A stretch of DNA of 64,000 nucleotides from Patescibacteria group bacterium (GTDB lineage: Bacteria; Patescibacteriota; Patescibacteriia; Patescibacteriales; UBA12465): contig JBBQHF010000001.1 in assembly GCA_038323715.1 (NCBI GenBank), forward strand, positions 45,549-109,548. The letters run 5' to 3'. The notes under the pieces were generated by a model. The model searched no databases. It was not told where the DNA came from and worked only from the letters and a program-made list of their open reading frames with translations. Every line of letters begins with the position of its first letter. The first letter of the stretch is position 1. A program made the position numbers and the translations under genes. Positions 8,780-17,784 of this stretch are shown in pieces.

Positions 8780-10738
8780 ATGTGGCGAGATTCTAACAAA
8801 CAAAGGCACTCTGTTAAAGATGCGGTCAATAGTAGCCGTTTACGTCTTATCGTAGCGGTTGTTTTTTTATTGATGGGTTCTTTGCTCTACAAATTATATA
8901 GCGTTCAAATAGGTCAATTTGATCTGTACACGGCGATGGCCTCGTCTCAACATCAAGTTTATAGCAAGTTAAAACCAGAGAGAGGGAAAATATTTTTAAG
9001 TGAAAATAAGAATGGTGTTGAAAAATTATATCCTTTAGCCACAAATAAAGACTTCGCGGAAGTTTTTATTGTTCCTAAAGATGTTGCCTATCCGCAGGTA
9101 ATGGCCGAGAAACTTTTTAATTTTTTTGATAAACCAAAATTAGAGGCAGATTTGAAGGCAAAATCAGCCACGGGGACGACAATGAATATTGCGACCTCTA
9201 CTAAAAATGAAATCATTGGAAAATATTTAAGCAAACTAGATAAACCGGGCGATCCCTATGAGCCTTTAGTTGCTAAATTATCAGGTGAAGAGTTAGTTAA
9301 ACTTTATTCTTATTTATCTTCAGCCGACCAGTCCTCAGCTTCATCGCCTATTTTGCTTCAACCCGAAGAGTTGGAGTTAAAATTAGGGCAGATTGTTTAT
9401 GCTAATAATCCTGAAGAAGAGTTTACTATTAAGGGCATTGGTTTTGATTTGCAGCCATATCGTTATTATCCCGAAAATGAAATTGGGTCTAATCTTTTAG
9501 GTTTCGTTTCTTATGTAGATGGTGAGGGGCAGGGGCGTTATGGTTTGGAAGAATTTTTTAATGAAGAATTGTTTGGTAAATATGGGTCTTTAAAATCTGA
9601 GAGAGGCGGTAAAAGTGATATGATGATTGTCAATGACCGAGAATATATTAAACCAGAAGCAGGCGATGATTTAATTCTGACGGTAGATAGAAATATAGAA
9701 TTTGCTGCTTGTGAAAAGTTAAAACAATCAGTGGAAAAACATGGGGCTACTGGGGGGTCGGTTATTGTGATGAACCCAAAAACAGGCGCAATAATCGCCA
9801 TGTGCTCTTACCCTGATTTTGATCCTAACAATTATCGTGACGTGAAAGATATTTCCTATTATAATAATCCGGCGGTTTATTATCAGTATGAGCCCGGTTC
9901 AGTATTTAAGACCGTTACCATGGCGATTGCCATTGATCAGGGCAAAGTTTCTCCTACTACTACATATAAAGATGAGGGGCAGATAATGATTAAAGGTTGG
10001 CCAAAACCGATTAAAAATTCTGATTTTTCCACTCATGGTCCTCATGGGGTAGTTGACATGACGGTTGTTTTGGATAATTCTCTTAATACCGGAGCAATAT
10101 TTGCTATGAATCAAGTAGGCCCTAAAATCTTTTCCGATTATGTAAAAAAATTTGGTTTTGGAGAAAGGACGGGGATTGAACTTGGTTCTGAAAGTGCTGG
10201 TAATATAGACAATCTTTTGAAAACCAAGGTTAGAGATATTGATGCTGCGACTGCTTCTTTTGGTCAAGGATTAGCGGCCACCCCTTTGCAAATGATTATG
10301 CCTTATCAGGCACTAGCCAATAAGGGGATGATGATGAAACCATATATTATTAAAAGTATCGTTTATCCTAATGGAAAAAAAGATGAGACCATTCCGAAGC
10401 AATCTGGTCGAGTGGTTTCAGAAAAAACCGCCGCTACCGTGGACGCTATGTTAGTTAATGTTGTTGAGAAGGGGCATTCAGTAAAAGCATCTGTCCCCGG
10501 ATATTATATAGGGGGAAAAACGGGGACCGCTCAAGTCGCTACTTTAGGTGGTTATAGTGCCAACAACTATATACATACTTTTATTGGCATTGCTCCGATT
10601 GAGGACCCCGCCTTTGTGATGTTAACTAAAATTGATAACCCTAAGGATGTCCAATATGCTGAAGGCTCAGCCCTCCCTCTGTGGAGAGATATTGCTGAAT
10701 TTATTTTAAATTATTACGCCGTTCCAAAAACCAGATAA
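8780..10738 (+). CDS. ftsI: Penicillin-binding protein 2 / FtsI-type peptidoglycan transpeptidase
   Basis: N-terminal TM and PBP dimerisation domain. Transpeptidase motifs SVFK (EPGSVFKTV), SxN-like, and KTG (GGKTGTAQV). Confidence 0.85.
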   Translation: MWRDSNKQRHSVKDAVNSSRLRLIVAVVFLLMGSLLYKLYSVQIGQFDLYTAMASSQHQVYSKLKPERGKIFLSENKNGVEKLYPLATNKDFAEVFIVPKDVAYPQVMAEKLFNFFDKPKLEADLKAKSATGTTMNIATSTKNEIIGKYLSKLDKPGDPYEPLVAKLSGEELVKLYSYLSSADQSSASSPILLQPEELELKLGQIVYANNPEEEFTIKGIGFDLQPYRYYPENEIGSNLLGFVSYVDGEGQGRYGLEEFFNEELFGKYGSLKSERGGKSDMMIVNDREYIKPEAGDDLILTVDRNIEFAACEKLKQSVEKHGATGGSVIVMNPKTGAIIAMCSYPDFDPNNYRDVKDISYYNNPAVYYQYEPGSVFKTVTMAIAIDQGKVSPTTTYKDEGQIMIKGWPKPIKNSDFSTHGPHGVVDMTVVLDNSLNTGAIFAMNQVGPKIFSDYVKKFGFGERTGIELGSESAGNIDNLLKTKVRDIDAATASFGQGLAATPLQMIMPYQALANKGMMMKPYIIKSIVYPNGKKDETIPKQSGRVVSEKTAATVDAMLVNVVEKGHSVKASVPGYYIGGKTGTAQVATLGGYSANNYIHTFIGIAPIEDPAFVMLTKIDNPKDVQYAEGSALPLWRDIAEFILNYYAVPKTR

Positions 10739-10778
10739 ATAAATTGTTAATTGTACTCTGGAAAGCTAATGGAAATAT

Positions 10779-12062
10779 ATGAAGAAATTATTGCAATTAA
10801 AATTGAAAATCTTCGCTAAACTTATTTTAAAAAAATATAAGCCAGTTGTTGTTGGAATTACCGGATCAATTGGCAAAAGCAGCGCTAAAGAAGCAATCTA
10901 TCATGTTCTAAAAAATAAATTTAAGGTTAGAACTAGTTTTAAAAATTATAATAACGAAATCGGATTACCGCTTACGATTATTGGGGTCACGTCTCCAGGC
11001 AGAAACCTGTTCGGTTGGATAAATGTATTTTTCCGGGTAGGTTTTTTGTTGTTAATTAAAGATAAAAATTATCCCCAGGTTTTAGTTTTAGAAATGGGTG
11101 TTGATAGGCCGGGAGATATGGAGTATCTAACGTCTATTGTGCATGTTAACGTTGCCATTGTTACCTCGGTTAGTTATTCACATCTTGAATATTTCGGTAG
11201 TCTGCAAAATATAAAGAAAGAGAAGCAGGTATTAGTAGAAAAATTAGATAGTAAGGGTTTGGCAATTTTAAATTATGACAGTGAGTCAGTTAAGGAAATG
11301 GCCGAGTTCAGCAAGGCGAGGATTATAAGTTATGGATTGAAAGAGGCTGACTTAAAAGCCCAAGATATCATTTATAATTTTACTCGTGGGCGCTACGAAT
11401 TGTCGGGAATTAATTTTAAATTAAATAATGGAGAGTCTATTGTCCCGGTCTTCATGCACAACATAATGTCAGAGCCGGCTATTTATGCTGCTTTAGCAGC
11501 CGCGGCTGTTGGTTTATATTTTAAAATGAACTTAGTTGAAATCGCTTCGGCTCTTAGTGATTTCAGTTTGCCCTTGGGTAGAATGAACTTGCTACCAGGC
11601 ATAAAACACTCTTTTATTATAGACGATACCTATAATTCTTCTCCGGAAGCAGCGATATCAGCGATTAAGATTTTAGGTCTAATTAGTATTGATAAGGAGG
11701 CTAGCAAATATGCGGTTATGGGTGACATGTTAGAGATCGGAGCATATACCGAGGAAGGACATAAGCTGGTCGGCAAAGAAGTTTATAAAAATAAGATTGA
11801 TTTTCTAATTGCAGTTGGTGAAAGAGCGCGCGATTTTATTAGGGGAGCTAAGGCGGCCGGCATTAATGATGAGCATATTTTTTATTTTGACAAACCAGAA
11901 GAAGCTGGAAGATTTCTTCAAAACAGAATTAAAGAGGGCGACGTTCTCTTGATAAAAGGTTCACAAGGCGCTAGAATGGAAAAAATAGTGAAGGAGCTAA
12001 TGGCGGAGCCAGATAAGGCCGGTGAACTTTTAGTAAGACAGGGTAAAGAGTGGGAAACTTAA
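10779..12062 (+). CDS. murF: UDP-MurNAc-tripeptide--D-alanyl-D-alanine ligase MurF
   Basis: Mur-ligase P-loop VVGITGSIGKSS and the MurF domain arrangement. Located in the dcw remnant. Confidence 0.8.
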   Translation: MKKLLQLKLKIFAKLILKKYKPVVVGITGSIGKSSAKEAIYHVLKNKFKVRTSFKNYNNEIGLPLTIIGVTSPGRNLFGWINVFFRVGFLLLIKDKNYPQVLVLEMGVDRPGDMEYLTSIVHVNVAIVTSVSYSHLEYFGSLQNIKKEKQVLVEKLDSKGLAILNYDSESVKEMAEFSKARIISYGLKEADLKAQDIIYNFTRGRYELSGINFKLNNGESIVPVFMHNIMSEPAIYAALAAAAVGLYFKMNLVEIASALSDFSLPLGRMNLLPGIKHSFIIDDTYNSSPEAAISAIKILGLISIDKEASKYAVMGDMLEIGAYTEEGHKLVGKEVYKNKIDFLIAVGERARDFIRGAKAAGINDEHIFYFDKPEEAGRFLQNRIKEGDVLLIKGSQGARMEKIVKELMAEPDKAGELLVRQGKEWET

Positions 12063-12071
12063 ATAATAATT

Positions 12072-12932
12072 ATGAAAATAATAATTCTTGGTGGGCAAGG
12101 AAATCTCGGGTCTCAACTAGTTAAAGTTTTAGGGCAAGATCATGAGGTTTTTTCTTTTGATCGTTCTGATTTTAATGCGTTGGATAAAAACATTCTTTCC
12201 GGTGTTGTGCTTGATATCAAGCCCGAAGTCATTATTAATTGTGTCGCTTATAATGCGGTTGATAAATGCGAAGATAAAGATATTTATACTGAAGCATTAT
12301 CTTTAAATAGAGATTTGCCAGCTAATTTAGCGGAGCTCGCTCTACGGATTGACGCGATCCTAGTTCATTATTCAACCGATTATGTTTTTAGCGGTCTCGA
12401 GACGAAGCGGGAGTTTTCCGAAGAAGACACACCAAACCCGATTAATAAATACGGAGAAAGTAAGTTTTTAGGAGAAATGGAAATTTTGCGTCACAAGGAT
12501 CAGGGTTTAAAATATTATTTAATTAGGACCTCTAAACTTTTCGGGCCGAAAGGTGAAAGTGAGCAAGCTAAGCCAAGTTTTTTTGACATTATGCTCACTT
12601 TATCGCAAGATAAGAAAGAAGTTACTGTTGTTAACGAAGAGCTCAGTTGCTTTACTTATACCCCTGATTTAGCCTCAGCTACCGCCCGATTATTATCTTC
12701 CCGAACTCCTTATGGTATTTATCATTTAGTTAATGAGGGGGCAGTGACTTGGTACGACGGTGCCCTAGAATTATTTAGACTAGCAAAACGCGAGGTCGCT
12801 ATTAGATCTATTAGAAGTGAAAATTTAGCTAGAGCGGCTAGACGACCCAAATTTTCTGTTCTCAAAAATAATAAAACAAAAAAATTACGTCTTTATTCGG
12901 AGGCACTCAAGGACTATTTACATAATAATTAG
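12072..12932 (+). CDS. rfbD: dTDP-4-dehydrorhamnose reductase
   Basis: MKIIILGGQGNLGSQL Rossmann motif and YSTDYVF active-site region typical of RmlD. Confidence 0.8.
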   Translation: MKIIILGGQGNLGSQLVKVLGQDHEVFSFDRSDFNALDKNILSGVVLDIKPEVIINCVAYNAVDKCEDKDIYTEALSLNRDLPANLAELALRIDAILVHYSTDYVFSGLETKREFSEEDTPNPINKYGESKFLGEMEILRHKDQGLKYYLIRTSKLFGPKGESEQAKPSFFDIMLTLSQDKKEVTVVNEELSCFTYTPDLASATARLLSSRTPYGIYHLVNEGAVTWYDGALELFRLAKREVAIRSIRSENLARAARRPKFSVLKNNKTKKLRLYSEALKDYLHNN

Positions 12933-12938
12933 AAACAT

Positions 12939-13664
12939 ATGAGAGGAATAATATTATCAGGCGGAAGCGGAACTAGACTCCGCCCACTTACTAAAATTAC
13001 CAGTAAGCAACTTTTGCCAATTTACAATCGTCCGATGATTTATTATCCTCTAAATACTTTGATAAAAGCGGGAATAAAAGAAATCCTGATTATTGTTTCT
13101 CCGGAAAGAGCGGGGGATTATTTAAATTTGCTTGGTTCTGGCAAAGAATTCGGGGTAAAATTTACTTATGAAATTCAAGATAAGCCCGAGGGTTTAGCCC
13201 AGGCTTTCATCATCGGCGAAAATTTTATTGACCAGGAGAACGTCGCTATGATTTTGGGGGACAATATTTTTGAAGATGATTTTTCTGAAGATATTAAAAA
13301 TTTTAAGGGAGGCGCCAAAATATTTGCTAAACACGTGCCTGACCCTGAAAGGTTTGGGGTGGTCAAATTTAATGATGAGCTGAAAGCAGAAAAAATTGTA
13401 GAGAAACCACAAGAGTTTTTAAGTAATTATGCCGTTACCGGGTTATATGTTTATGATAAAAAAATTGTAGAAATTGCTAAGAATATGAAACCAAGCCCAC
13501 GGGGCGAGCTAGAAATTACTGATGTTAATAATTATTATTTAGAAAAAGGTGAACTAGAGGTGGCGATGGTAAATGGAGAATGGCTTGATGCGGGAACTTT
13601 TGAGAGTCTACTTAAAGCACAAAATTTTGCTAAAGAAAAATTAGATAGTAAAATGTTGATATAA
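12939..13664 (+). CDS. Sugar-phosphate nucleotidyltransferase (RmlA/glucose-1-phosphate thymidylyltransferase-like, short form)
   Basis: MRGIILSGGSGTRLRPLT signature. The 241-aa product is shorter than canonical RmlA. Confidence 0.65.
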   Translation: MRGIILSGGSGTRLRPLTKITSKQLLPIYNRPMIYYPLNTLIKAGIKEILIIVSPERAGDYLNLLGSGKEFGVKFTYEIQDKPEGLAQAFIIGENFIDQENVAMILGDNIFEDDFSEDIKNFKGGAKIFAKHVPDPERFGVVKFNDELKAEKIVEKPQEFLSNYAVTGLYVYDKKIVEIAKNMKPSPRGELEITDVNNYYLEKGELEVAMVNGEWLDAGTFESLLKAQNFAKEKLDSKMLI

Positions 13665-13669
13665 AAAAA

Positions 13670-13692
13670 CAGGATTCCGAGAAAGAATCCTG
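13670..13692. terminator. Bidirectional intrinsic terminator between convergent genes
   Basis: caggattc-cgagaaa-gaatcctg hairpin flanked by an A-run on one side and a T-rich stretch on the other. Confidence 0.5.
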
Positions 13693-13715
13693 TAGTTGTT
13701 TAAAAGCGTTTTGAG

Positions 13716-14042
13716 CTAAGCGGATGTCATAATCTGATAAATCAGGTTTTTTCTTGTAATCTTCTGATGTTCAACGATAGTTCCGTCGAACGAGAATTCC
13801 ATGAAAAAATCTGTTTCATTTTGATTAGTCCAACGTCTTTGTCTAACATCGACCTTTTTTAGGCCGAGATTACTACCGAGAAACCTTTTGAGTTCTCCCT
13901 CGGTTTCCAGTGGGCAAGCTAGATTTTTTTGGTCTAAATGACCTCTAACTTTTTCCATAACTCTGGATACTTGACTTTCCGCCATTGCGTCATACATGAC
14001 TTTTTTCTTTGCGACGCCGTTAGTTGCTGCGTTGTTGCTCAT
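13716..14042 (-). CDS. Hypothetical 108-aa protein
   Basis: ORF on the minus strand driven by a perfect consensus promoter. No family recognised. Confidence 0.5.
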   Translation of the reverse strand: MSNNAATNGVAKKKVMYDAMAESQVSRVMEKVRGHLDQKNLACPLETEGELKRFLGSNLGLKKVDVRQRRWTNQNETDFFMEFSFDGTIVEHQKITRKNLIYQIMTSA

Positions 14043-14105
14043 AATGCGATTTTTTTTGAGGCTTTTGCACCTCGGTTAAACTTATTTTAAAAAAACTATA
14101 AAATA

Positions 14106-14134
14106 ATTATAAAGTTTTTTTAAACTTTTGTCAA
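14106..14134 (-). promoter_or_regulatory. Perfect consensus sigma70 promoter (TTGACA-17-TATAAT) on the minus strand
   Basis: Reverse complement of 14106-14134 reads TTGACA-aaagtttaaaaaaactt-TATAAT. Lies about 60 nt upstream of the 108-aa ORF. Confidence 0.55.
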
Positions 14135-14136
14135 GT

Positions 14137-15093
14137 ATGAAATTAGCTGTCGGCTTTATAACTTATAACGATTCCAGCGCTAAATATTTGAGTGATTTTT
14201 TGCCTAGTCTAAAAAGGGCTTTGGATTTTCTGCCCAAGAAAGATAGACAAATTTTAGCTTGGGACAACAGCCATTCTGATTTTAATATTAATCGCTTGGC
14301 ACTAGAATATTTTACTCAGCAAAACCGGGAAGCTATCAGTATTTTCTCTTCGGAAAAAAATATCGGTTTTGGCGCTGCTTATAATGAATTAATTAAAAAA
14401 GCTAAACAAGCGGGGGCGACCTACTTCTTAACTATTAACCCGGACGTTTTATTAGAAACAGACACAATCAAAAAATTGTTTGATAAGCTGGAATTAGAAC
14501 CGACCCTGGCTTCGGTCGCTCCAAAAATTTTACGCTGGGATTTTGATAAAAAATCTAAAACCAATCAAATAGATTCCTGCGGTTTAAAGCTAAAGAATGG
14601 TTTAAAATTTATTGATTTAGGCCAGGGTGAAATTGATAATGGGCAATACGATAAGGCGGATATTCTAGGTTCTTCGGGGGCAATGGGGCTGTTTAGAATG
14701 TCTTCTTTGGATAAAGTAAAAGGTAAATTCGGCTATTATGACTCCAGGTTCTTTATGTATAAGGAGGATTGTGATCTAGCTTATAGGCTAAAATTGGCTG
14801 GCTTTAAATCATCCTTAGTCCCATGGGCCTTGGCCTATCACGATAGAACAGCCGCCTTCTACGGACAGGGAATATGGCAATTTTTAGCCAATAGACGTCA
14901 AGCTAGTCGCCTGGTTAGAGCCTGGTCATTTAAGAACCAACACCTGCTTTTTGTCAAACATTTTAAAAGTGAGGGCCTGTGGAGTCAGTTAAAAATAGTC
15001 TTCAGGGTGACTTCTTTATTATTTTTTTCTCTTATATTAGAGCAATTTAACTTAAAAGAGTATCCCGCCGTCTTTAAATTCTTAAAGTATTGA
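14137..15093 (+). CDS. Family 2 glycosyltransferase
   Basis: MKLAVGFITYNDS start typical of GT2. DxD-like region and overall GT-A layout. The ORF track start at 14128 is a TTG, so the ATG at 14137 is preferred. Confidence 0.7.
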   Translation: MKLAVGFITYNDSSAKYLSDFLPSLKRALDFLPKKDRQILAWDNSHSDFNINRLALEYFTQQNREAISIFSSEKNIGFGAAYNELIKKAKQAGATYFLTINPDVLLETDTIKKLFDKLELEPTLASVAPKILRWDFDKKSKTNQIDSCGLKLKNGLKFIDLGQGEIDNGQYDKADILGSSGAMGLFRMSSLDKVKGKFGYYDSRFFMYKEDCDLAYRLKLAGFKSSLVPWALAYHDRTAAFYGQGIWQFLANRRQASRLVRAWSFKNQHLLFVKHFKSEGLWSQLKIVFRVTSLLFFSLILEQFNLKEYPAVFKFLKY

Positions 15094-15177
15094 CTAATAT
15101 AAAATAATGTGATAAATTGATTAGAGTTCAAACAGTTGAACGCTTGTATAATAAAACTAAAGGCTTTATTTTTTTAT

Positions 15178-16215
15178 ATGGAAAACTTACTAGAAAAAAT
15201 CATTAAAGAGGAAAAAAGCGAAGAATTGGGTCGTTTAGATGCCATGAATATTGTTAATTCTCTTTTTTCTGAATTATTAGAAAGAGAACGCGATGTTTTA
15301 ACTAGAAGATTTGGTTTAAAGGGTGATAAGAATGAAACATTAGAAAAGATTGGCGGTATCCACAAGCTTACTCGTGAAAGAGTTAGGCAGATTGAAGCTG
15401 CCAGTATTAGAAAAATAAAAAAGTTAGAAAGTCTAGAAAGTTATATATATTCTTTAAAACACACTGTTTACAATCTTTTGGAGGAACACGGTGGTCTTAT
15501 TAGACGTGATTATTTGCTTGATATTTTAACTGTTATATCTCTAGAATTAAATTCTGATAAATCTGAGGTTATGAATGACGAAAAAGTTCGTCAAGCCTAT
15601 AAAAACCATTTCAATTTTTTAATTTCCAAACTAATGGCTGATGACTTGGAGCTTGTAAGTAACAACGAACAATTCACTCCGTCATTTAAATTGAAAGATT
15701 CCGAGGTTGGTTATTTAGAAGAAATTGCTAGTGACTTAATGAGCAAGGTTGAATCTTTAAACAAAACTTTAAAGACTGAAGATTTGTTGGACATTTTAAA
15801 ACAGCTTGAGTCATATGGTCGCAATCAGCAAAAAATGAACAAAGTTGACAGTGTTAATATCGAATCTATTTTTAAGAGTCAGGCTTTTCCCGATAAAGCG
15901 GCAACCATTAACGCCAATAAAGGACTTTATTCTTTAATGCAGGCTGTGAAAAATTTAGAACAGAATAAATATGGAGAATGGGGGGGCGCTAATTGGCAAG
16001 AAATTAAACCCAAAACAGTTAATGATAAGATATATTTAGTCTTAAAACATGAAGGTAAGCCTTTACATTTTACAGAAATTGCTCATAAAATTAATGATGT
16101 AAAATTTGATAAGAAGAAGGCTAATGCGGCCACTGTTCATAATGAATTGATTCTAGATAATCGGTATGTTTTGATAAGTCGTGGGACTTATGGTTTAAAA
16201 GAATGGCAGAAATAA
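15178..16215 (+). CDS. Sigma70 region-4 (HTH) domain protein with a C-terminal domain of unknown function
   Basis: RDVLTRRFGL...TLEKIGGIHKLTRERVRQIEAASIRKIKK is a canonical sigma70 region 4.2 HTH. There is no region 2 (-10 recognition), and about 260 aa of unknown domain follow. Start taken at MENLLEK. Confidence 0.5.
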   Translation: MENLLEKIIKEEKSEELGRLDAMNIVNSLFSELLERERDVLTRRFGLKGDKNETLEKIGGIHKLTRERVRQIEAASIRKIKKLESLESYIYSLKHTVYNLLEEHGGLIRRDYLLDILTVISLELNSDKSEVMNDEKVRQAYKNHFNFLISKLMADDLELVSNNEQFTPSFKLKDSEVGYLEEIASDLMSKVESLNKTLKTEDLLDILKQLESYGRNQQKMNKVDSVNIESIFKSQAFPDKAATINANKGLYSLMQAVKNLEQNKYGEWGGANWQEIKPKTVNDKIYLVLKHEGKPLHFTEIAHKINDVKFDKKKANAATVHNELILDNRYVLISRGTYGLKEWQK

Positions 16216-16240
16216 TTTTTTAGTTTACCAATAATTTCCA

Positions 16241-16277
16241 GAAACCCAATCTAATCAGATTGGGTTTCTTTTTTTTC
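16241..16277 (+). terminator. Rho-independent terminator
   Basis: gaaacccaatc-taatca-gattgggtttc 11-bp stem followed by tttttttt. Confidence 0.7.
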
Positions 16278-16319
16278 TTAAAATATGATAAAATCTTAAT
16301 ATAACTATATACTTAAAAT

Positions 16320-17768
16320 ATGAATATAGTCATTAATACTTCGGCTCTAGATAGATTCTTGGCCTTACCACCCGACCAGATGTTCTGGGTCTTTTTTGGT
16401 AATTTTGGTTGGATTGTAATCGGGGTATTTTTTATCTATGGCGTTTTACAAGTCTATCTTTTTTGGATTAGAGAAAATTGGCAAAATACTCATAAAAATG
16501 TTTTGTTAGCGATTGATATTCCTAAGGGTAATGAACAATCTCCGAAAGCCGTTGAAAACATGTTTACTTATTTAGCGGGCGCCCACGGTTCAGTTAATTT
16601 TTTTGAAAAATGGTTTGAGGGTAAATTTCAAAAATCTTTTAGTTATGAAGTTGCTAGTTTAGAAGGATATACTCAATTTTTAATTAGGACTCCGGCAGAA
16701 TATAGGAATCTAATAGAATCTTCTGTCTATTCTCAATACCCTGATGCCGAAATTTCTGAAGTTGATGATTATACTGATGCTGTGCCACAAAAATATCCTG
16801 ATGAAGAATATGATGTTTGGGGGACAGAATTCATGCAGGCTGGCCCTTGGGTTTATCCGATAAAATGTTATAAGGATTTTGAACATCAAATGGGACCTAG
16901 CGAAACTCAATTTAAAGACCCGATGGCAGCCTTAATGGATTTGTGTGGTTCGCTTCGTCAAGGAGAGCAGCTTTGGATTCAATTTATAGTTACGCCGATA
17001 GGGTTTGATTGGGTTAAAGATTCAGAAAAGGAAATTGATAAAATCTTAGGGAGAAAGGCTAAAGTAAAGCCAAGTTTGGCTATGCAAGGGCTGGAAGTGA
17101 TGGGAAATGTGAGCGAAATTTTTTATAGTATTTGGGGGGACGTAGAAGAGTCTAAACCTAAAGAGGAGAGACAAAAGACGATGATGGATTTAAATCCGTT
17201 AGAGAAAAGAAAAATTGAAGGGGTTCATGAAAAACTTTCCAAACTGTCTTTTGAAGCAAAAATTAGAGTTGTTTATGTTGCCAAAAAAGATGTTATGAAT
17301 AAAGCGAAGGTTGCTAATGGCATGGTTGGTTATATGAAACAGTTTGCCTCACTTGATTTAAACAATTTAAAACCCGATATTAAAAAGACATTTACTAAAA
17401 CCGTGTATTTTAGACAAGGCCCGAGATTAAATGTAAAAAAGAATAATATTTTTAGAGCATATGTCGGACGCTCGGATGGAATGGGAATCAATCCTGGAAT
17501 TTATAATATTGAAGAGTTGGCCACTCTCTGGCATTTCCCGGTTGAAGCAAATGTTAAAGCTTCTTTGGTCCAAAAGGCTCCTGGCAGAAAAGCGGACGCC
17601 CCCTCTTCTTTACCCCTAGCCTCAACTTTAACTGCCCCGGCGGAGAATGCTTTGAGGTCTGGTATATTTAACAGTAATTTTAATTTTGATAAACAAGTTA
17701 AGGAAGATAATCCAGGACCCCTAAATGAAATTAATTCTAACCCTCCAAGCAATTTACCTTTTGTTTAA
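16320..17768 (+). CDS. Hypothetical membrane-anchored protein (482 aa)
   Basis: One N-terminal TM helix (FWVFFGNFGWIVIGVFFIYGVL) then a large soluble domain with a Pro/Ser-rich C-terminus. No family recognised. Confidence 0.5.
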   Translation: MNIVINTSALDRFLALPPDQMFWVFFGNFGWIVIGVFFIYGVLQVYLFWIRENWQNTHKNVLLAIDIPKGNEQSPKAVENMFTYLAGAHGSVNFFEKWFEGKFQKSFSYEVASLEGYTQFLIRTPAEYRNLIESSVYSQYPDAEISEVDDYTDAVPQKYPDEEYDVWGTEFMQAGPWVYPIKCYKDFEHQMGPSETQFKDPMAALMDLCGSLRQGEQLWIQFIVTPIGFDWVKDSEKEIDKILGRKAKVKPSLAMQGLEVMGNVSEIFYSIWGDVEESKPKEERQKTMMDLNPLEKRKIEGVHEKLSKLSFEAKIRVVYVAKKDVMNKAKVANGMVGYMKQFASLDLNNLKPDIKKTFTKTVYFRQGPRLNVKKNNIFRAYVGRSDGMGINPGIYNIEELATLWHFPVEANVKASLVQKAPGRKADAPSSLPLASTLTAPAENALRSGIFNSNFNFDKQVKEDNPGPLNEINSNPPSNLPFV

Positions 17769-17784
17769 TAATATTTAAGAAGAA

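Noticed and set aside
14128-14136. TTG start for the GT2 gene (ORF track 14128)
   Set aside because: The first nine nucleotides overlap the -35 element of the divergent consensus promoter. The ATG at 14137 (MKLAVGFITYNDS) is the typical GT2 N-terminus.
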